Of a stretch of 64,000 nucleotides of DNA, positions 57,401-64,000 are shown piece after piece; positions within the stretch are counted from its first letter, which is position 1, and every line of letters starts with the position of its first letter. The position numbers and the translations under genes were made by a program. The notes beneath the pieces were generated by a model. It saw only the letters and a program-made list of their open reading frames with translations. It searched no databases and was not told the DNA's origin. The stretch is from Emiliania huxleyi CCMP1516 (Eukaryota). The stretch lies in the NCBI RefSeq assembly GCF_000372725.1, contig NW_005202427.1:124001-188000 (forward strand). Direction: 5' to 3'.

Positions 57401-60400
57401 GAAGGCGTGACCGTCTTCATCACCAACGGAGACGTCACGTACACCGTCGTCACCGACGCGAACGGCTACTACAGTCACGAGCTGCCGTCGCCGGGCAAGT
57501 GGACCGTGGTCATCGATGAACGCTCTTTTGCTCTGCTGAACAAGCCGCCACTGAGGCAGACTCTCGGCACCGCGTCCACAACCTTCGAGGTTCCGCCCGG
57601 AGGCGTGGTAACGGACCTGGACGCCTTCACGCAGCCCTCACGATTGGCCGGCCGGGTATTTCTAGACTCAAAGGCCAGCGGCGTCTTCGATCCCAGTAGC
57701 GACGAGGGCCTCGAAGGCGTGAAGGTCGAACTCACCAACGGCAACGATCTCAGGTACACCGTCACTACAGACGACGACGGGTACTACGAAAAGGAGCTTC
57801 TTTACGGCGAGTGGACCGTCACCATTCTCACGTCCACGCTGCCGCCCGGGCTCGTGCAGACGTTGGGCAGCACTGCCACGGCTGTGTTCGTGCCATACGG
57901 GGGCGTGGGGAGAGACCTGGACGCCTTCACCCACTTCTCGCCGCCCCCCTCTCCGCCGCCACCGTCGCCGCCGCCCCCTCCCTCTCCGCCCCCGCCCTCG
58001 CCCCCACCGCCCTCTCCAAGCCCGGCCCCGATATCGCCTGGTCCGCGACTGCCGCCGTCGCCCTCACCACCGCCGCCACCACCGCCCTCGCCGCCCCCAC
58101 CATCCCCACCGCCCCCACCGCCGCCGCCGCCGCCCTCGCCCCCGCCCTCACCGCCGCCGTCACCACCGCCGCCACCGCCCCCCTCTCCACCACCCCCCGC
58201 ACCGCCACCGCCGTCGCCGTCACCGCCGCCACCGCCCCCCTCTCCGCCGCCACCGTCGCCGCCGCCCCCTCCCTCTCCGCCCCCAGCCCTCGCCCCCACC
58301 GCCCTCTCCAAGCCCGGCCCCGATATCGCCTGGTCCGCGATTGCCACCGCCTCCCTCGCCGCCGCCCCCGATGATCGAGGGCTACGTCTTTGAGGACAAA
58401 GGCGATGACCAGCAGTTCACGGAAGGCGTCGACGAGTACCTCGAAGGCGTGACCGTCTTCATCACCAACGGAGACGTCACGTACACCGTCGTCACCGACG
58501 CGAACGGCTACTACAGTCACGAGCTGCCGTCGCCGGGCAAGTGGACCGTGGTCATCGATGAACGCTCTTTTGCTCTGCTGAACAAGCCGTCGCTGCGGCA
58601 GACTCTCGGCACCGCGTCCACTACCTTCGAGGTTCCGCCCGGAGGCGTGGTAACGGACCTGGACGCCTTCACGCAGCCCTCACGATTGGCCGGCCGGGTA
58701 TTTCTAGACTCAAAGGCCAGCGGCGTCTTCGATCCCAGTAGCGACGAGGGCCTCGAAGGCGTGAAGGTCGAACTCACCAACGGCAACGATCTCAGGTACA
58801 CCGTCACTACAGACGACGACGGGTACTACGAAAAGGAGCTTCTTTACGGCGAGTGGACCGTCACCATTCTCACGTCCACGCTGCCGCCCGGGCTCGTGCA
58901 GACGTTGGGCAGCACTGCCACGGCTGTGTTCGTGCCATACGGGGGCGTGGGGAGAGACCTGGACGCCTTCACCCACTTCTCGCCGCCCCCCTCTCCGCCG
59001 CCACCGTCGCCGCCGCCCCCTCCCTCTCCGCCCCCGCCCTCGCCCCCACCGCCCTCTCCAAGCCCGGCCCCGATATCGCCTGGTCCGCGACTGCCGCCTT
59101 CGCCCTCGCCGCCGCCGCCACCACCGCCCTCGCCGCCCCCACCATCCCCACCGCCCCCACCGCCGCCACCGCCGCCCTCGCCCCCGCCCTCACCGCCGCC
59201 GTCACCACCGCCGCCACCGCCCCCCTCTCCACCACCCCCCGCACCGCCACCGCCGTCGCCGTCACCGCCGCCACCGCCCCCCTCTCCGCCGCCACCGTCG
59301 CCGCCGCCCCCTCCTTCTCCGCCCCCACCCTCGCCCCCACCGCCCTCTCCAAGCCCGGCCCCGATATCGCCTGGTCCGCGATTGCCACCGCCTCCCTCGC
59401 CGCCGCCCCCGATGATCGAGGGCTACGTCTTTGAGGACAAAGGCGATGACCAGCAGTTCACGGAAGGCGTCGACGAGTACCTCGAAGGCGTGACCGTCTT
59501 CATCACCAACGGAGACGTCACGTACACCGTCGTCACCGACGCGAACGGCTACTACAGTCACGAGCTGCCGTCGCCGGGCAAGTGGACCGTGGTCATCGAT
59601 GAACGCTCTTTTGCTCTGCTGAACAAGCCGTCGCTGCGGCAGACTCTCGGCACCGCGTCCACTACCTTCGAGGTTCCGCCCGGAGGCGTGGTAACGGACC
59701 TGGACGCCTTCACGCAGCCCTCACGATTGGCCGGCCGGGTATTTCTAGACTCAAAGGCCAGCGGCGTCTTCGATCCCAGTAGCGACGAGGGCCTCGAAGG
59801 CGTGAAGGTCGAACTTACCGACGGCAAAGGTGGCAGGTACATCGTCACTACAGACGACGACGGGTACTACGAAAAGGAGCTTCTTTACGGCGAGTGGACC
59901 GTCACCATTCTCACGTCCACGCTGCCGCCCGGGCTCGTGCAGACGTTGGGCAGCACTGCCACGGCTGTGTTCGTGCCATACGGGGGCGTGGGGAGAGACC
60001 TGGACGCCTTCACCCACTTCTCGCCGCCCCCCTCTCCGCCGCCACCGTCGCCGCCGCCCCCTCCCTCTCCGCCCCCGCCCTCGCCCCTACCGCCCTCTCC
60101 AAGCCCGGCCCCGATATCGCCTGGTCCGCGACTGCCGCCGTCGCCCTCACCACCGCCGCCACCACCGCCCTCGCCGCCCCCACCATCCCCACCGCCCCCA
60201 CCGCCGCCGCCGCCGCCCTCGCCCCCGCCCTCACCGCCGCCGTCACCACCGCCGCCACCGCCCCCCTCTCCACCACCCCCCGCACCGCCACCGCCGTCGC
60301 CGTCACCGCCGCCACCGCCCCCCTCTCCGCCGCCACCGTCGCCGCCGCCCCCTCCCTCTCCGCCCCCGCCCTCGCCCCCACCGCCCTCTCCAAGCCCGGC

Positions 60401-61862
60401 CCCGATATCGCCTGGTCCGCGATTGCCACCGCCTCCCTCGCCGCCGCCCCCGATGATCGAGGGCTACGTCTTTGAGGACAAAGGCGATGACCAGCAGTTC
60501 ACGGAAGGCGTCGACGAGTACCTCGAAGGCGTGACCGTCTTCATCACCAACGGAGACGTCACGTACACCGTCGTCACCGACGCGAACGGCTACTACAGTC
60601 ACGAGCTGCCGTCGCCGGGCAAGTGGACCGTGGTCATCGATGAACGCTCTTTTGCTCTGCTGAACAAGCCGCCGCTGAGGCAGACTCTCGGCACCGCGTC
60701 CACTACCTTCGAGGTTCCGCCCGGAGGCGTGGTGACGGATCTGGACGCGTTTACCGGCCACATGCCACCTCCGTCATCACCTCCCACGCCGCCACTGCCC
60801 TCACCGCCGCCGCCCTTACCACCGCCGCCCGGACCACCGCCCCCTGCGCCGCCGCCACCCGCACCACCGCCTCCTTCACTACCACCACCCTTGCCATCCC
60901 CACCGCCTCCATTGTTGCCCTCGCTCCCGCCGCCTCTGGGTGTTATGCAGGACCCACATCTCTTCTTTGCGCATGGCGGCCGCGCTGACTTCCGTGGTAG
61001 GCACGGGCAGCTGTATAATTTTTTCTCGGCTCCGGGCATCGCAGTGAATGTCAAGACGGAGAATGCGACCTTTCCCTTGCGACGTAAGGCCAACACCCTG
61101 ATCGTCGACGGTAGCTATATCACCGAGGTTCACCTGGCTACGATTGTCGGCGCAGGCGGGGGGCACAACAACCCAGGGATGGGCTCGGGCGGTAGCCGTC
61201 TCAAACGCAAGTGGTTAAACGTCTCGTACCGGGCCTCGGAGCTGGACGAAAATAACTGGGGCTGGTCGGTGGTTTCGGGGTACTGCGGTGGGCGTCTCTT
61301 CAAGATTGGCAAGGGTGGCAGAAAGACCTGTGAGGAGCTAGTGGTATCTGTGGTTATGGCGACAGCCACCTTCGCCGCTGAAGACTGGGTCATTACTGCG
61401 AGAGGAGAGCACAGCCGTGCGACGATGGGTCCAGGCCACAGGGTGGACGTCAGTTTTCGCGTTCAAAGCGACTGGGCGGCGCGCAATCGGCCGCACGGTA
61501 TCTTTGGGCAGTCCTACTCTCATCCAGGCCCCCTGTGGGGGAAGATCGACGTCTACCCGGTTTCAGGCCACTTTACGACGACGGCCATGGCTGAGGGCGC
61601 AATAGAAGGTAACGCATCGCTGTATGAAGTCGGCTCCCCATACGCGACAGAATTCGCATTCTCGCGGTTCGATGCGACTCCTCTAGCTGAAGCCTCCGAT
61701 GACGGCCTGCTAACCGATGGCCATGCCGAGGCTGAGGCTGGGGCTGTCAATGACCTGTCAAACGTTTGGACGTCATCGCCCTCAAAGCAGCAGCTCCTTA
61801 TGCAGCGCGGCTCGGCCCTTCCGGCTCCGCAGTCGTCTATATCTCAACACTCTCAGAGTTAG
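54424..61862 (+). CDS. Giant modular protein C: Cys-rich N-domain, at least 4.5 units of paired SdrD-B-like domains with Ser-Pro linkers, C-terminal QDPH (VWD/root-cap-like) domain
   Basis: Units start MIEGYVFEDKGDD at 55909, 57329, 58371, 59412 and 60453. C-domain QDPHLFFAHGGRADFRG...YNFFS...PHGIFGQSY. Interrupted by two gaps and a 1-nt insertion at ~58285. True start unresolved. Confidence 0.78.
55218..55767. other. Assembly gap
   Basis: N run. Confidence 1.
56690..57238. other. Assembly gap
   Basis: N run. Confidence 1.
57240..60752 (+). repeat. Near-identical ~1041-bp coding tandem repeat
   Basis: Unit starts are 1042, 1041 and 1041 bp apart. Confidence 0.95.
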
Positions 61863-62239
61863 CCCGCGGCTGTACCAGCCTCAGAGTTATGGCGTTGTTC
61901 TTTTTGCATGTTGGATGTTTGAGATATAATCTCCAGCAGAGAGTAGAGACACAAAAGTAGTGTACAGGCCGTTTGCCGGTTCGTTTTTTCCCTCTATCCT
62001 CTACGTTCCTCTCTGGAGATAAAGCTAAATGTGGCGCACCTCAAGTATGCGTTGCGTCGCTTACCTCGCGTTGCGGGGTGCTGCAGATATTATTGCTGCG
62101 GGGGCGCTGCTGGTGAGTGGTGTGCGTGTCCTCTCAGGAGAGTGAGAGACTCACGAGCTAGAGGCAACCGAGAGAGGACTCTTGAGCTCCTAGCGCAGTG
62201 TGAAGATGTGTGTGCCCCCCGTGAGCCACAATACTGATC

Positions 62240-63542
62240 ATGATTAGGTAGTATAGGGGTAGAGGGTTGCCCAAAACTTAGACCTGCTCGCAGACGAGCG
62301 CTGAACTTAGCCCCCGGAAGGGAACGGGCTCAAACTTAGACGCTGTTGATCGGAGGACGGAGCTTACGGACGAACTTGACGACACGAGGCGGCCAGATCC
62401 GGGGGTCTCTAAATTAAATATTCTTAGCTTCGCCCTTGCCTCCGACGCTAGAGTCAGAACCCACAGAGATACATACGTCAAAGGGACTGCCAAATGTCGC
62501 CGTCCTCGGGGCATGCTACCCTGATCCCTGTGTAAGCAGGGCAGGTGGGGGAGGGGGGCAGTCCCTTTGACGTATGTATCTCTGGGTTCTGTCTCTAGCG
62601 TAATGTGCTTACCTCGCTCTAGCGTAATTCCCCCGGTAATGTGCTACGCGTATGGGCCGCCGCTTGAACGCTTCCAGTTCAGCCATAATCTATCCAGCCA
62701 ACGTCGGTTAGGGACCTCTCTGCAATCGAGTGGCCCCCGGTTCGAAGTCGACTGTTGTTGTTGTCTTGGGGTGTCATGGCCAGAGGGCTGCTCTCGGCCG
62801 TGGCGCGCGCCGCTGCAGCATCTTGACGTTGGTGCCGCCCTTGCCAATCAGCCGGCCGACCACATTGCGCGGCACCATCACGTAGCCGTGCACGGGTTGA
62901 CCCCACCAATTTTTTGTTCACATCTGAGCGGGCTCAATTTTTGCTCTAGGTGGCCTCCTACGATTCAAACTCGCGTTCTCAGGCAGATGCCACTGGTGCG
63001 TTGTCGTTTTTCGTCCCAGGCGTCCGGCAAAAAGTGTAAACGCTGGATCCCATGGGTCCAAAACCTAACAGCGCCATCGCCACTTTGCCGCGCATAACAA
63101 AGAACCCTGCACAAAGATCGCAAGGGCGGGGACCTGTTCCTTTTTACCCACCTCACAGTAGAGGTGTCCGTTTTTTCTTTATTTATTTGCCGCGCATGCC
63201 CTCCTCTCAGCCCCCGTGCGCAAGTCGCGCACCACTTTTTGTACAACAGCTGGCCCGCCGCACAGGCGAAGAAAAATTTTAGGCAACCCTAACGATCACG
63301 GTGAGCCTCTAGGTCACCACGGCCGTGCCACGGCCGACTTAGCCCGCAAAAGAGGCAGGCTCCAGCGGATCGCTTAGACCGCGAAAGCACCCCTCGGCGC
63401 GGGAGCACCCCAGCGTGACCACCACACCTCCATACAGTTGACAGTTGTAGCGAGCGCGTGACACCGAGGTCTCTCCACACTTGAACCCGTTTTAAGTCTC
63501 GAGGCTTAGAACTTCTAACCAGGCTGCCCAACCAGACCAGTG
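62240..63542. mobile_element. Second, inverted and diverged family D element
   Basis: Ends homologous to 23854-24776 (GAGCGCTGAACTTAGCCCCCG; CTCGAGGCTTAGAACTT; CAGGCGAAGAAAAATTT). Flanking TACTGATC at 62232-62239 and 63543-63550. Confidence 0.72.
62445..62601. repeat. Inverted repeat with ~45-bp arms
   Basis: ACGCTAGAGTCAGAACCCACAGAGATACATACGTCAAAGGGACTGCC (62445-62491) pairs with 62557-62601. Confidence 0.85.
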
Positions 63543-63669
63543 TACTGATCTAAACTGTGTGAACCCTACCCTTTTTCAGGACAAAAGCCATCTCACCGAC
63601 GGCCTCTCTGGCCACTGTGCCATCTCGTTTTCGCTTGTTCACGTTCACCGCGCAGTCGCGCGACGACAG

Positions 63670-64000
63670 CTATACCGAACCATGAAGCATGACCATGAGC
63701 GGCTGGCGGCCGAGCACGGAATAATTCGCGTACACGTTTCGCCCCGCGGTGAGCCAAGGCACGTAGAGCGCGCGCGACCAACTTGGCGAGCGATCCGCGT
63801 CCAGGAACGGGCGGCGCGCCCAGACGTGCCACCCGGCCCGCGAGCGCGGAGCAGCGTCGCCCGGGAGCTCAAGATCGACGATCACGTCGCAGCGGTCCTC
63901 GCTGGTGTAGGCGGCGGGCTCGTCGCGGTTGCCGTCGTTGAAATGAGCGTGGATGGCGCGTGATCCGTCGGGGGGTGGGGCTGAGAATGGCGACGGCAGC
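63670..64000 (-). CDS. ALG9: Alpha-1,2-mannosyltransferase ALG9, C-terminal part (continues beyond the window)
   Basis: LPSPF...FNDGNRDEPAAY...CDVIVDL...RPFLDADRSPSWSRALYVPWL...YANYSVL matches the ALG9 lumenal C-terminus. Confidence 0.85.
   Translation of the reverse strand, partial: LPSPFSAPPPDGSRAIHAHFNDGNRDEPAAYTSEDRCDVIVDLELPGDAAPRSRAGWHVWARRPFLDADRSPSWSRALYVPWLTAGRNVYANYSVLGRQPLMVMLHGSV

Noticed and set aside
58280..58290. Frameshift as evidence that gene C is a pseudogene
   Set aside because: It is a single extra A in a poly-C tract, absent from sibling units, and most likely a sequencing error.

Overview
This is GC-rich eukaryotic genomic DNA with short GT-AG and GC-AG introns, Ser-Pro-rich proteins and four N gaps. 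The style suggests a haptophyte such as Emiliania/Gephyrocapsa huxleyi (inference). Recognisable genes are: an ShKT membrane protein, a PAN-like/TM/EF-hand protein, an intronless KBL/BioF-family enzyme, an RFTS-HMG-DDT-WHIM chromatin protein, a FUSC/ALMT-like exporter, FKBP-TPR, a urea transporter with a mitochondrial-type presequence, an LRR membrane protein, an ankyrin protein, a sulfotransferase-like protein, CruP, CDT1, a Zn-finger/UIM membrane protein, a GT49 glycosyltransferase and the 3' end of ALG9. The 47.5-61.9 kb block is a head-to-head family of giant modular, probably extracellular proteins. They are built from a shared Cys-rich N-domain, SdrD-B/Cna-B-like repeats and Ser-Pro linkers, and end in different heads: tandem periplasmic-binding-like domains with an inserted FN2 module, or a QDPH/VWD-like domain. 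Intergenic DNA is full of non-autonomous DNA transposons (several with visible TIRs and TSDs, some nested) and retroposon 3' ends with microsatellite tails. All domain calls are by eye and need HMM or structure confirmation.
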